A stretch of DNA of 64,000 nt, taken from Raillietiella orientalis (lineage: Eukaryota). Location of the stretch: contig JAYWIR010000089.1 of the NCBI GenBank assembly GCA_036172245.1, forward strand, positions 124,001 to 188,000, written 5' to 3'. Shown here one piece after another: positions 12,660-24,439 of this stretch. The notes under the pieces were generated by a model, which searched no databases, was not told the DNA's origin, and saw only the letters and a list, made by a program, of their open reading frames with translations. The position numbers were made by a program, and so were the translations under genes. The stretch's first letter is position 1; each line of letters begins with the position of its first letter.

Positions 12660-14215
12660 TAGCGTACATTGGACTTTCTCGAGAGACTTTTAGCTGCGGC
12701 GTGCTGGATGGCACCCTTATCGCTAAGTCCTCCCATAGGCTTTCTCCAATCCGCGACGATCCCGCGAGGGCAGCACAGGGCTGCTATCGCGGCCGCAAGC
12801 CGAAGGGCATTGTTAACGAAGGGGCTTTTTAAAGCGTCCCTGGGGTTGCCGCAGAGGATACTGATGGCCGCGGCAAAGCGTAACCAGAGAATCCAAAGGA
12901 AAACACATTCCACTAGCGAGTGAGGAAGGGACTCCCGTTCCCCACAATGAACACAATCAGGGATCACCGCTCTCCAGACCCGTCTTCCACTCTCCTAGCT
13001 TCTTCTTCTTCCCGGAGATGGTTAATGAAAACACCCACTTCGCTGCAACATCGCTGTCCAGATCTTCCATTAGGGAGGCCATCGCATCAGCGAGGGGGGT
13101 CCTTCCTGACCACACTCTCTTCCACGGAGCCTCCAGGATCTCTCGAAGCGTGCAACTTCTGTAGCGCCCAAACAGGCACCGTCGTTCCTGAAGGGCGCCT
13201 TGCGTGCCGCTCTGTACACACGTGCGAACGATTTCCTGCAAACAAGCACTACCGTTCGCGGAGCGACAGTTGACCAATTTAGGGTTTCTCCGTGTCAAGG
13301 AGGCAACTATCCGTAGTTGGTATCCACATTGGCGATGGAGCACAACAAAGGGCGTGAGTTCCGTCTTCCGGGTGGCTCGCATGACGAGGAGACGAGCACG
13401 AACGCGTTAGCAGGTGCACCTCAACTCCGGCACAACGGCCATTATTCTAAACTGGAGCTGATGCAGCAGCTGCTGCAACGTCATTAGGCAGAGACTGCCG
13501 TCCCAACGCGCAGCGCACAAGTCATTCAGGCAGAGTGGGGCCATCCCGTTGCCCCAAAAGGCGATACGGAGGAGGTCGTTCGTACGCTTCTTCATTCTCT
13601 CTGTGGGGGGTGCGCAGGAGAGGAGCCGCGAACGTTTTCCAAACTGCGGTTTGTTCCGGCAGGAAACACGTGGTGCCTTGAAACGGGCGGATCTCCGACT
13701 GTGCTTTCTGGAGGCATGCGTCTCATTAAAGATAGTCCCATAACGGCACACCGAGGTACTTGAACTACCTCAGCGTGGGGATCCCCAAGCAGACCCAGTT
13801 CTGCTTCACTGTCCACGCCTCTTCAACCGGCATCACATACGACTTCGCCCTCTTCTCCGTTAGTCGTGTTTCCCGACTGAGCAGCCGAAGTTGACATAGG
13901 GAGCAGCAGCAGAAGGTCGTCCGCGTATGCTGAAACCGCAGGCGTACCGTCAGAAACGTGCGGCAGATGCGGCAGAGTTTAACTGTACGTTCTCAGTACC
14001 AACTGTAAGTAGGCACTGAAGAGGAAGGAACACAGACACTCTTTCTTCCGTATGCCATGTCGCACCGACACGCCGTGCACGGTGTGTCCACTGAGATAGA
14101 TCCGGATTAGCGCATCGCGTCAGAAGGAGCGCAGGTAGGTTACAAAGAGACCAGGAAGCCCGAGGATTTCAGTAACTCCAACAGAAGACACAGGTCTAGA
14201 AATTCGAATGCTTTA
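12660..14215 (-). mobile_element. Decayed L1/Tx1-like LINE ORF2 (RT motifs to zf-RVT)
   Basis: HKAFEFLD (cf. DLxKAFD), SAYADDLLLL near 13910-13935, KYLGVP, PDCVHCGERESLPHSLVEC. Confidence 0.85.
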
Positions 14216-15500
14216 TGCGCGCTGGACGGACGTGTTTTCTCGGTGCTCCTCGGTGCCAGCAACCCTTCTTAAATGTACGCGTCATGTGGTTCGGTGGCCA
14301 GTCAGACAGCAATACTTTTCACGGCGACCACCAGGAAGTTCCAGGAGGCGACGGAAAAGTAGCCCTTAGCGGCGAAGGAGCTGGGGCACTCGTCCCCACA
14401 GAATCAATGCCCGCTGTAGCGCGGGCGTGCAGCGTCTTCGTAGCGGCGCCAACGCCAGCAGCCGCCTCGGAATTGAACGCCTTCTTGGAGGAGAGTATAA
14501 TCCCTATCTTTTCTACGAGGTAGGCAATCTCCATTGTGTTGAGAGTGTGCGCGAGTTCCACAAGGCGGTGCGCGCTCTTAATGTACAGAAAGAAGAACTT
14601 CGCGCGATGACCCTCCGCATAGGGGGGCAGTACAGCAAGGTGATCAGCAAACAGGCAGATCTGGCTGCTCAAAATCTCCGTGGTGATGGGAAAACGCAGG
14701 CTTCTTCCCATTATGGAAGACAGCAGCACGGTGGTCCACCTATTAGTAGTTTACAGCGCGGATCAGTAGGGGAACCGTACGCGCCGTGCTGGAGTAATTC
14801 GAAACGATTCATGCCCATTGGTCCAAGCCTAGTCCATTTTTGGACTATACTGGACTGCAATATGGCCTCACGGCTGCGCGCATTACCGTCCGAGAAGACT
14901 GTGCTTTTCCTCACAAACTGGTGGTCGTCGGCGAAACGATCGACCTATAGTTGTGGGGAAACCCAAATACTGCGGCTTCCGCAATACATCGGGCCACCAC
15001 AAAAAGAAGTGCGTCAACGTCCAGTGCCAGGTATACAAGACGATGGGACACACACGGGAGGTGTGACCACATGCAGCCGTGCGCGTGGTGTCCATGAGAC
15101 ACGCGAAAAAACGCTCCAGGCTGCTACCAAAATAGCTTGCGTCGAAAGCTGCAGCGATAGCTGTGCCACTCGCGTCCCAAGTTAGGCCGCACCCAGGACT
15201 CCGGCGAACAGCGCCGAAACGGTTAAGGAAAACGAAAAATGCTCTGAATGGCAGGTGGCAACAGCCAAGAAGGCGAAGGAAAAACGACGGCTAGAGAAAC
15301 AAATCGGAACCGCGTAAAAAAACAGCTTGGTAGCGTTTCGATCAAAGATTGCAGCGTTGTCGTTTGTTACACGGTCCCGCCAGGACGTTTGTTGTTTGAA
15401 ATCATCTGGTACATGTGTTCCCAGGAAAGAGGACCAGATGAGCAGGAGGGTTCCCGGTACGCAAGTCGGGCACACTGAGAGTTCGGAACGGCAAAGAGGG
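14216..15500 (+). mobile_element. LINE 5' end and decayed ORF1 (two degenerate zinc knuckles)
   Basis: GEYNPYLFYEVGNL...REFHKAVRAL...IGGQYSKVI aligns with EGYKPAFLNNVGNL...RKFENAIRRM...SGGQFAKLI (22291+). Off-frame GKPKYCGFRNTSGHHKKKC; 5' motif ggacgtgtttt at 14228. Confidence 0.8.
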
Positions 15501-17224
15501 GAAATTGAATAAGTATAGTGAAAGGGTAGGGACAGGGGTCTGCAGCTTCATCCGTTTTCATTCCTCAGAACCGGCGGTCAATGCCGGCAATCTTCGCCCT
15601 CACTTCTTCATCAACGTATAACCACCCTGCAGCCAGTTGCAGATTGCAGGCTGCACTGTCAGGACCGATGTTAGGACTGCTCGCAGCTGCAATACGTGGC
15701 GGGCCCTGACAATGGCAAGGACGCAGCAGACGATTGCGACGACCGCTTATAGAGGTGGACAGCCACGCGTGAGGAAGCTGCGCACAGAATCCGTTACGAT
15801 GTGTCCGGGGTCCAGGAGCGCTGAAGACAGCTACCGCCACAGCTCCTGGAGGGCACCGCATCCAAATAGGAAATGCGGATGCGAATCCACCGCTCCGCAT
15901 GCTGCACAGTCAGAGGACGCGACTCCCCCGGAAACCAGGTGAGCGCGCTGCTTGCAGTACAGGCCCCAATGCACCAGCAGAAAAGCGTTCTGTTTTTACA
16001 GAAGGGGGAACACAGTGGTGTCCGTGTCCAAGCACGGGGAAGGGGCCAGAAGTTCATCGGACCGCACTCTGAGGAGCTCGCTCCACCGGAGAAGTCCGTT
16101 GGCACAAAGGCGAGGCGTGGCAGCGTCTGCCAGCACGCAGGTCCTCCAGCTGCCCAGAAGTCGGGTTTCACCTGCGATAGCGCAAGCGACGTTTCACCTC
16201 GCCGGTAAGTCACTATCGTGCCGGGCCATTAGGGCAGACAGCGCTTTGGCGAGGAGCGTAGCGGCCAGGCGAGACCTCTTGTCCTGGTATTGCCACACCT
16301 TCCCCACTGGACAACATGGGGCAAGATTCACGCAACGGATTTCCAATCGGAACACATCCTGTGCCCTGTTTAGGTCGATAAGACTTCCTGCCGCCAGGAG
16401 TTGAAGTTGGTCGGCCGGCAGGAAATCCACGAATGCGTTCCAAGAAGCGAGGCGAGCTGCCAAAGCGAGAAGTTGAATCCTCTCATGGCGCGCTCCGCAC
16501 GCAGGTGCAACGAACGCTGTCCGTCGTCCCCCATGCAGCGCCGCAGAAACAGGCACGCTGGAACACGCAACGAATTCGTCCAAAGCTGGACGCGCAGTGC
16601 CAGCATGCGGAACTGCACTAGCAGTCCGATCCGCTCCAGCGTCAGAATACCCAAGCCGGCATCCCGCCGAGGAGACGCCAAGTCTTTGAGGCGGATCCTG
16701 GGACTCGACGGTCCCCACAAGGCGTTCCGCAACAGACGCTTCGCCCGAAGCTTGGCCGAATAGGGAGGGGGGCAAACAAAAAAGAGGGGACGGTGGAAGG
16801 AGGCAACGAAAATGTTCTACACGAAGGTCCGCTCCGGCAGCAGGAACGTGAGGCCTTGTAACGATGCCAGGGCAGTCTCGGCCTTGTGAAGACAGTCCGA
16901 CCACGCTTGTGCTGCACAGGAGGCGGTCAAGGGAACGCCAAGGTACTCAAAGCACCTACTTGTGTGGATCCCCAGGCGAATCCATTCCGACTGCCCCTTC
17001 CACGTAGAGCCAACCGGCATAGCGCTGGATTTCGTACTGTTCACGCTCACGCCCGCTCCCGGACGAATAAGCTCGAAGTAATTCTGGAGAGTGGTCGCCG
17101 GGGTGGACATGGGTGAAAGGAGAAGCAGGTCATCGGCATACGCCGCCACGAACGGCGTACGTGGACAAGAGCTCGTCAGTTTGGCCAGCGTCAGCCTGTA
17201 TGTGCGGACGTGTCTTCGTGTCAC
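15500..17224 (-). mobile_element. Decayed L1/Tx1-like LINE ORF2 (YADD to zf-RVT)
   Basis: AAYADDLLLL, FEYLGVPL, LWG...PRRDAGLGIL, DCAACGAVDSHPHFLFGC. Confidence 0.9.
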
Positions 17225-17729
17225 TAAGTAGCTGACAGTCCAATTGTGAAGTTCGTGAAATTTTCTCTACGCACTTACATTTATATTGTTTGCAGTGCAT
17301 CTTACAAAGTTATTTTACTTGTTTACAAGGAATCGTAGTAATACAGTGATTATTGTGGTAAAAGAAAGGGCGCTCCTTTGGTCGTCCGTAGCTGTTATAG
17401 TTTAACTAGAAAGCTGTTGATTGGCCAAGGTAAGGCTTATTTCCATGTTCCTTTTGACCTCAAGATTTTGGAAGAACGTTTCAATCTTTTCCAAAAGGTT
17501 TTTTTTTTTTTTTTTGGCCACCGTGTTGGCAGAAAAATTATCAGTGCAACGCGTGAATTCATTCACAATAGTTACTGTCGCATAGCATCCCAGGATCTCA
17601 ACTCTTTGTTTCGAGCTTCAATTTTCAATGCAAGCAGCAACTAGCACCTTCTGTGGTTTCTTGAATATTGTGTAAACCGAAATTGTTGTTGAGTTAGTTA
17701 ATTTTTCTTTTTATTTGCAATCCTGAATT

Positions 17730-20700
17730 TTAAAGATGGCGGCGCGACCATGTGGCGCCGTATGGCAAACTCTTACCGCGCGTAATGAAGTTGGAGTTGC
17801 GGCTGTACCCCCAACGCCGTGCTCGCATGCACTCCTGTACCTTCGTTCGCGCTCGTTTGTGGAAAATTCCCCGTTACTCTGGTTACATGAGAGCAACCAC
17901 TCCTTGAAACCATAGAAGTTCAAAAACAAACTTTGGAACCCGCCTTTTTAGACGCCGACCGTGGTTTATTCGTTTGCATTTGGCTTCCACGTCCTTGCCC
18001 ATGCCCTATTCCTGACTGTAAATTCGCATCCTCAGCCGAAGAAAGGCACAATGGTTCCCGCAACCTGAAGCACCATCTGACACGTGAACATGGTGTAACT
18101 CCCCAAAGCTCCACTCGCTTTTGTAACCAATGCGATTTTACTGTGGACCTGTCCCACTGTTCCCCCGACTCTCATGAATGTACCCACTCAATTCGAAATG
18201 TGGGGCTTCCTCGTCCCCCCAAAAAGCTTAAATATCCGTGCTCCTCCTGTGGATCCAGCTTCGACCGTAGAAGCCATCTCTGGACGCACAAGCGGACAAC
18301 ACATGGCACATCAAGAACCAAGAAATGGTTACTACACGAAGTCTTCGACGAAGCACGTGGCACTAGTAACGTAACAACATAGGAACACCCGATCGAAAAC
18401 CAATCAGCGACTGTGTACCGAAACATCAACCACACACCAACTACGGATCAACGCGATTCCTGAACGTCAACCTGACAACAATGTGATTCCCGAACCACAA
18501 CTTGTAATAACTCCTGGACTGCAGGAAGCAATGGCTGTTTTCCTGCAACACAAAGACTTATTTCAACTTTTGCCTGCCGAAATTCTCTCATTGAATGATT
18601 CTTCCATCCCTGTGCAACTGGAAACCTCACAATGCCCCAGCACCACTGGATTCGCATCAAACGAAATCTACCCTGTTCTCTTCATCACCGACATTTGCTG
18701 ATGTGGACAATCAGCCTCTCGTGATGCTCACAAAAATATGCGATTCTAATGCGTCTTTTCAACGCTCCCCTCCCATCACCAAAGCCTCCCTCAGTGGCTG
18801 TACATCTCCAGTTAAAATGCGATGCCTTGGAAAGATTCCTGTGTGGCGGCTCACAGATCATGCCCTGTAGGGAATGCTCCACTCACCATGCATAACACCA
18901 CACAATCAATTTCTGTTCCAATACTTAACAGAAAAGACAGCCCTCCACCTCTCACCTCGCAGCCATTACATACTGCTGCTTCCTTGTCCCCTAAATCTAT
19001 GCAGCGCAACGGACCATCTCGAAAATACCACCACAATCCGAAACCACCCAGATTCCGTCGATGTCATCGTCAGTGTGTAAAAACCCCACCTCTCGATCGC
19101 GCCCTTGCTACCTCTATTGTGTCCTCACCCCCCACTTCCCGATCTACTACCCCCCCCCCCCCCCACTCACGGACATTCCATATCCGCCTATAGCCAACAA
19201 CGATGTTGCTCATACATCTAACAACGTCCTTTTATTGCGATTTCCCGTATTCCGTAGCCCAAGCTTCATAATATTTTTCTCTCCCTGGCGAACACGAACT
19301 CTTGATGCCTGCAACACGCTTCGGTCTCTCAAACGCCACTTAACCACTGCACACAAGCTACCTTTGCGCAAAAACAAGTTGCTCTGTAGGAAATGCGCCT
19401 CGGATGTCTCCCATCCTACACACCACCACCCATGCTTTAAACACATCTCTCCGGCTCAGCTTCCCGTGGCACTCCTTCCTTCACAATGTAGCATTCCCAA
19501 CTGTAAAACCACCTTTCCCTCAATGCGTGGATTACACAATCATAGTCGATGGCACATGCGACTGCAAAATCAACTCGAGAAACCACTTCCTACACTACGT
19601 GCTCCTCATTCGACACGCACATTCAACCGTATTGCCGCAAAAGCAACACACGGAACCGTTGCACCTACTTTCCTAGAAAAGAAGGATCCCTTACTCACAG
19701 CAAACTGTGTCTTGAAAGTCCCTGAACCTTCAAGAGTACCATCACGCTCCCCTGTTTCCCGAACCTCACAACAGAACGCGCCACTCGTACATCTAATTCA
19801 CCCGTATCCTTTGCGCTCATCGAACGAACCCGTACCGAGAAACCCTGAAGTACAACAGTTATTGGAAAACTTTCGGCATATACTACGCACAAACACATTC
19901 GGTGCTCACTGCTTACACCCCGAGTCTCACATCTCCCCCAACACAACCAAAGTCTAACGACAATTGGCAACGTACCATTGATATGCTAAACAGAGTCATG
20001 GATACGATGACTTCTACATTCAACATACGCCTCTTCAACCCTTCTAGAACACCCACTGCTTCCTGCAATGCTTTTCGCCTATCCTTACCAAAGCAACTAC
20101 GAACTTTGCATCGACGCAACAGAACGCGAGCCATTAGCAGTCTTCTGCACCCCAATCCCATTATATTCAACGGCTCTCTATCGACAGTTGAAACCATCTT
20201 TAGTGAGAGATTCTCAGCAAAGAATATTAATAACGAAATTCTTCAGAAAAGCTCTTCAACTCTAGCATCTTGGGAAGTTAATTGCACAAACATTACCCCT
20301 CCGGAAGTTGTGTTCACATTACCGAACGCTCAGGACACTTCCCCTGGAAATGATGGAATGCCCTACTCTTTCCTTTTGAAAGCTGATCCAGAAGGATCTT
20401 GTCTTGCTGTCCTTTACAATGTTTGTATTCACCAGTTGAGAATTTCTAATGAATGGAAGAGTTCACGTACAGATCTAATTCCCAGATCTGGAGCATATGA
20501 CTGCACTGACGTCACACAATTTGGTCCCATGGCCACCTCCTACACTATTGGCAAACTGTTCTGTAAAATTCTCGGGAAACTGCTGCGAACGTGGACCCTG
20601 AACAAAGGAATCCTTGGACATCATCAGAAGGGATTTCTTCCTTGTGATGGTGCTTTTGAACAGAACTTTGTCCTGACCACTCTAGTCGAGCGCTCCCGAA

Positions 20701-22290
20701 TCCATCACAATGACATTCCCATCGCTTGGGAAGATTTTAAAGGCGCGTTTTTCTCCATGCCCCACCAGCTCATCCTATACAAGTTGACCGTACTAGGGAA
20801 TGGTCATCAATTTCATGGTATCATATCCGAAATGTATTCGAAATTTACAACAATTTTAACCTCGGACAGACCTCCCTATCGAATTCCTATTCTCTCCTGA
20901 GTACTCCAAGTGTGCGCTTTGGGTGGTGTATTATTTAACATCGCGCTCGAACCCTTTATCAAAATTCTGAAGCACCACCATTCTTCTATCATTCCACTTG
21001 CGTATGCAGACGATATTGCGCTCATAGCAAGCTCCGTAGATGAGCAACATTTTGGCATCACCACACTTGCAAATGCAAGCCGTGCTGCAAACTCACAAAT
21101 CAACCCCAACCAATGCGGCTCGGAGCATTACGTACCCTCCTCACCGCATGTTTAAAATACATCGCTGTCTGTGAATGGTGCACCAATTCCGTCCCTTTCC
21201 CTCCATGAAACATATAACTATCTAGGAAAACCGGTTGGTTTTGACCCCCTCACGTATGACGGAAGCGTAGATACGTTCATTACGCTCTTCAAAATTATTG
21301 CAGACTCCTCGTTAGCTCCAGAGCAGAAACTAGAGGCAACTAAATCCTTCTTCCTGCCATCTTGAGTACACGACTTACGCCTCATAACCACATAACCTAT
21401 ACCGTGATTGGTCACGATCGACAAAATAATACGGAATGCGTTCAAGAAAGCTATCCTTCCCCTTACTCAAGGCTCATTTAACGAATACCTATACGAGAGT
21501 CTCCGTGATGGATGTCTTCGGGTAATGCTTCTTGTTGAAGAAGCACGAACCATGACAGCTGACTCTGTGTTTGAGCCGGTAACATGCACGGAAACGCATG
21601 TGACCGATCTTGCATTCTCTACCATTTCCGTTGCTGCACGTAGAAAGGCTCACGCCCCACCCGACCTAATCCTGTTAGCGCGATACCTCAATGGATGTTC
21701 CTCGTGCCATTTGGAGCTCCAAAGTGGTGATCCCCGCACGATGTGGTCCGCATTACGGGAAGCAACGAAGCATCTACCCATAACGTGGAACTTTGAAGAT
21801 AATAATCTGACGCTCTCCTTATGTTTTCCTGAGCAGGAAAGCCCCCAAATTCTATTGTTCTGGCAACGTAGACAAGTAAAACAAACAATATGTGCTCACT
21901 TCAAAGCGCAAAAGCGATTATTACTTCAAGCAAAGCCAAACCAAGGTAAGAAAATGGAATGCGTAGCCCTTCACAAAGCCTCCATGTCATTCCTACCCTC
22001 ATGTGATGTATGCATATTTGCAGACTGGCGTTTCATACATCACAGCCGCCCAAACCAATTATTTCTTAACGGAAATCGAAAAACACGTGGGGACTTCGCG
22101 CCATGCCGAAAATGTGGCCACGTGAAGGAAACATTGGCCCGTCTTCTGTGTCATTGTCCAATCCAACTTATGACGACGACCATTCGAAGACATGACTTTG
22201 TTGTCGACACACTGTACATAATTCTCTCCCCTCGATGGCCCGTTGCTCGCCGTGCAGATATGCTGAACTCCACCCTCCGCCTCGACATTA
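17730..22290 (+). mobile_element. Decayed RLE-type non-LTR retrotransposon (R2/NeSL/Utopia-like), 3' truncated
   Basis: N-terminal C2H2/CCHC zinc fingers (CPIPDC..HLTREH; CSSC..HKRTTH; CSIPNC..GLHNHSRWH). RT motifs TSPGNDG, HQKGFLPCDG, WEDFKGAF, LFNIALEP, LAYADD, YNYLG. Then WRFIHHSR, CRKCG..ETL..LCHC, RRHD, LRLDII (cf. RPD). No APE domain. Confidence 0.88.
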
Positions 22291-22883
22291 TCTCGTCGTC
22301 ACTGCCCGATGTGGCCACGGAAGTTGACGCCTACATAAAGGAGGGCTACAAACCTGCCTTTCTCAACAATGTAGGCAATTTGTATTCACCGCTTACAACG
22401 AGGAAATTTGAAAACGCCATCCGTAGGATGGGTATCACAGGTGAGAAGATTTTGTGCTTCTCAGTTCGGAGTGGCGGGCAGTTCGCGAAGCTCATCTGCA
22501 GAGATTCAGCGCTCACGCACAAACTGCTCTGGACGCCCGTTCCTTCCGAAGGAAGCAATCTTCAACCGCACACGGTGGATCACTCGATAGCAATCCTCCT
22601 TACAGATACAGCGGTGCGCATAAGCAGGGAAGCCCTCGGCACCGAAATTAACAAATTCGCCGGGATATACACGATGTGGAACAAGCCTAACGCCTTTTCA
22701 TATCCAGGCGCATTTAGTGGGCGAGTTGCCGCTCGCGTAACTCTCCGTGGAGACGTACAAATTCCCCACAAGCTGGAGATCAACGACGAGCTCCTTGATC
22801 TCTGGTACGTTGGGAAGGGGAACTACTGCGGGCTATGCAACACGTTTGGGCATCTCAAGAATACATGCCCGGAGGCGACATGA
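21408..22883 (+). CDS. Chimeric 491-aa ORF: RLE-element C-terminus fused in frame to LINE ORF1 core and zinc knuckle
   Basis: Single open frame switching at ~22290 from ...RRHD...LRLDII to EVDAYIKEGYKP...LWYVGKGNYCGLCNTFGHLKNTC. Non-ATG start; expression unknown. Confidence 0.45.
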   Translation: MVTIDKIIRNAFKKAILPLTQGSFNEYLYESLRDGCLRVMLLVEEARTMTADSVFEPVTCTETHVTDLAFSTISVAARRKAHAPPDLILLARYLNGCSSCHLELQSGDPRTMWSALREATKHLPITWNFEDNNLTLSLCFPEQESPQILLFWQRRQVKQTICAHFKAQKRLLLQAKPNQGKKMECVALHKASMSFLPSCDVCIFADWRFIHHSRPNQLFLNGNRKTRGDFAPCRKCGHVKETLARLLCHCPIQLMTTTIRRHDFVVDTLYIILSPRWPVARRADMLNSTLRLDIISSSLPDVATEVDAYIKEGYKPAFLNNVGNLYSPLTTRKFENAIRRMGITGEKILCFSVRSGGQFAKLICRDSALTHKLLWTPVPSEGSNLQPHTVDHSIAILLTDTAVRISREALGTEINKFAGIYTMWNKPNAFSYPGAFSGRVAARVTLRGDVQIPHKLEINDELLDLWYVGKGNYCGLCNTFGHLKNTCPEAT

Positions 22884-23509
22884 CCAACGTGCGGTGGGAA
22901 ACACCACACGAGCGTCCTGTGCCCGATGAACGCCGTTCCAACGCCGGAAATTCCGAAAATACAGGAAGAGGGAAAGTAGGCGGAAAACAAAATACAAGGC
23001 GATCTTTAGCTAACTTAAGAACAAGTCGTGCAGATGGACCGCAATTCCCAAAATGAGACCGCTGAGCCGACTGCCGGCGAGGAAGGCTGGAAAACGGTCG
23101 TGAATAAACAATCAAAAGAAATTCAAAACAAAACCAAAAAAACCCCTACAAATAAAATCAAATCAGAACGCAAGCGTTCCGAAAAAACCAGCGAAAGGCA
23201 AAAATAAAATTTCGCTGCGCGAGGTCATAAGGGAATGCCGCATTACAATCGAGCGCGTTCCGTCGATCGAGCGTCGATCGTCGAACGCGACTCCCGCAAC
23301 CGTCGCGAACGCCTCGGAACCGCCGCAGGAAATAAGCAGCAACCAGGCGAGTAGCAGCGACGAAAAGAATTTCGCGAAGGCGGCGGAGGAACTCGCGGCC
23401 ACCTTAATGCAGCCGCCTAAGGCTGCAAAGAAGGCCGTGAGGCGCCCGGCGGAAGCCAAAGGACCGGAAACTTCCGAGTCCGAGGCGGAAGCCGGAAACG
23501 CTCCCACCG
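22291..23509 (+). mobile_element. LINE ORF1 fragment (5' and 3' truncated)
   Basis: CGLCNTFGHLKNTC knuckle, lysine-rich linker, IRECRITIERVP and AAEELAATL..KAVRRPA shared with the ORF1 at 36677-38421. Confidence 0.85.
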
Positions 23510-23702
23510 GTTTATGGGTACTTTGGCTGTTGGGTTGTTTCGAGTTCTTGATGTCCTCAGGATGAAGAATGAGGATTTTGGCAATGGTAAGGGAACAGTG
23601 GCTGATGCGCTTTGTTTATGGGTACTTTGGCTGTTGGGTTGTTTCGAGTTCTTGATGTCCTCAGGATGAAGAATGAGGATTTTGGCAATGGTAAGCGAAC
23701 AG
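23510..23702. repeat. Direct repeat: two 89-bp copies (23510-23598, 23614-23702), one mismatch, period 104
   Basis: gtttatgggtactttggctg...gcaatggtaag(g/c)gaacag occurs twice. Confidence 0.95.
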
Positions 23703-24410
23703 AATCGCCCTCCCGAAGAGGAAGGCAGGCCGGAAGTCCCGCAACCCCATGTGCGTCGCTCTTCCTCATGCTGAGGAGGAGGAAATGCGCTCGGTTAGCG
23801 AGAAGAACAGGTTAACCTCCATGCTTCGCCAGGAAACAGCGTGAGTCTGCTCCGGGCTAATTACGGATTCGGCTACCTGTACGAGCCGCGCAGCCCACAG
23901 TTTCGCGACCGATTTGACGTCCGTATTCACGACAGTGATCGGACGCCAGTTGGTTAGCTTACGGAGGTCTCCTCCCTTAGGAAGGAGCCTCATCCTAGCT
24001 GACCGGAACGAGGCGGGAACATCGCCTTCTTCCCGGATCAGCTGTGTCAATCTGTGCACCAAAGGGGTCAACTCTGCCGCGAAGCTTTGAAAAAACTCCG
24101 CGGGCAGGCCGTCCTCCCCTGGTGCCTTCCGCCTCTTGAGCGCTTTAATCGCGGTGAAAATTTTAACGGTCGTAAAAGGCTCGTCGAGGCTTTCTTTCTC
24201 TTCTACCCCTATGGCCGGGGCTCCTTTCGGGAGCAACAGTCGCGAGACGTCCCGCTGGGAAGGCGCCCTGACGTACAGGAAGCAATAAAATTTTCTCAGC
24301 ATGTGTCGAATCGCTGACGGGGCCGTGTTCGTGGTCCTGGTCGTCCAGCAGGGTGGGCGGCCCGGGCTGCCAAGCTCGACGCTCAGCCCCGGCTCAATAG
24401 TCAACCAGGC
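23703..24410 (-). mobile_element. L1/Tx1-like ORF2 fragment (N-terminal RT region)
   Basis: KRRKAPGEDGLPAEFFQSF, LLPKGGD..NWRPITVVNTD; close paralogue of 27291-27860. Confidence 0.9.
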
Positions 24411-24439
24411 GACGGACGTTGGGAGTCCACGCGTAACGA

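Noticed and set aside
17499..17515. T17 run as poly(A) tail of a LINE
   Set aside because: No recognisable minus-strand element ends there and no target-site duplication seen.
17230..17730. U2 snRNA, 28S rRNA, tRNA or SL target fragment flanking the RLE element
   Set aside because: No recognisable match by eye here or elsewhere in the window; a covariance-model search was not possible.
23510..23702. CRISPR-like repeat
   Set aside because: Only two units of 89 bp, no spacer series, no cas genes, eukaryotic context.
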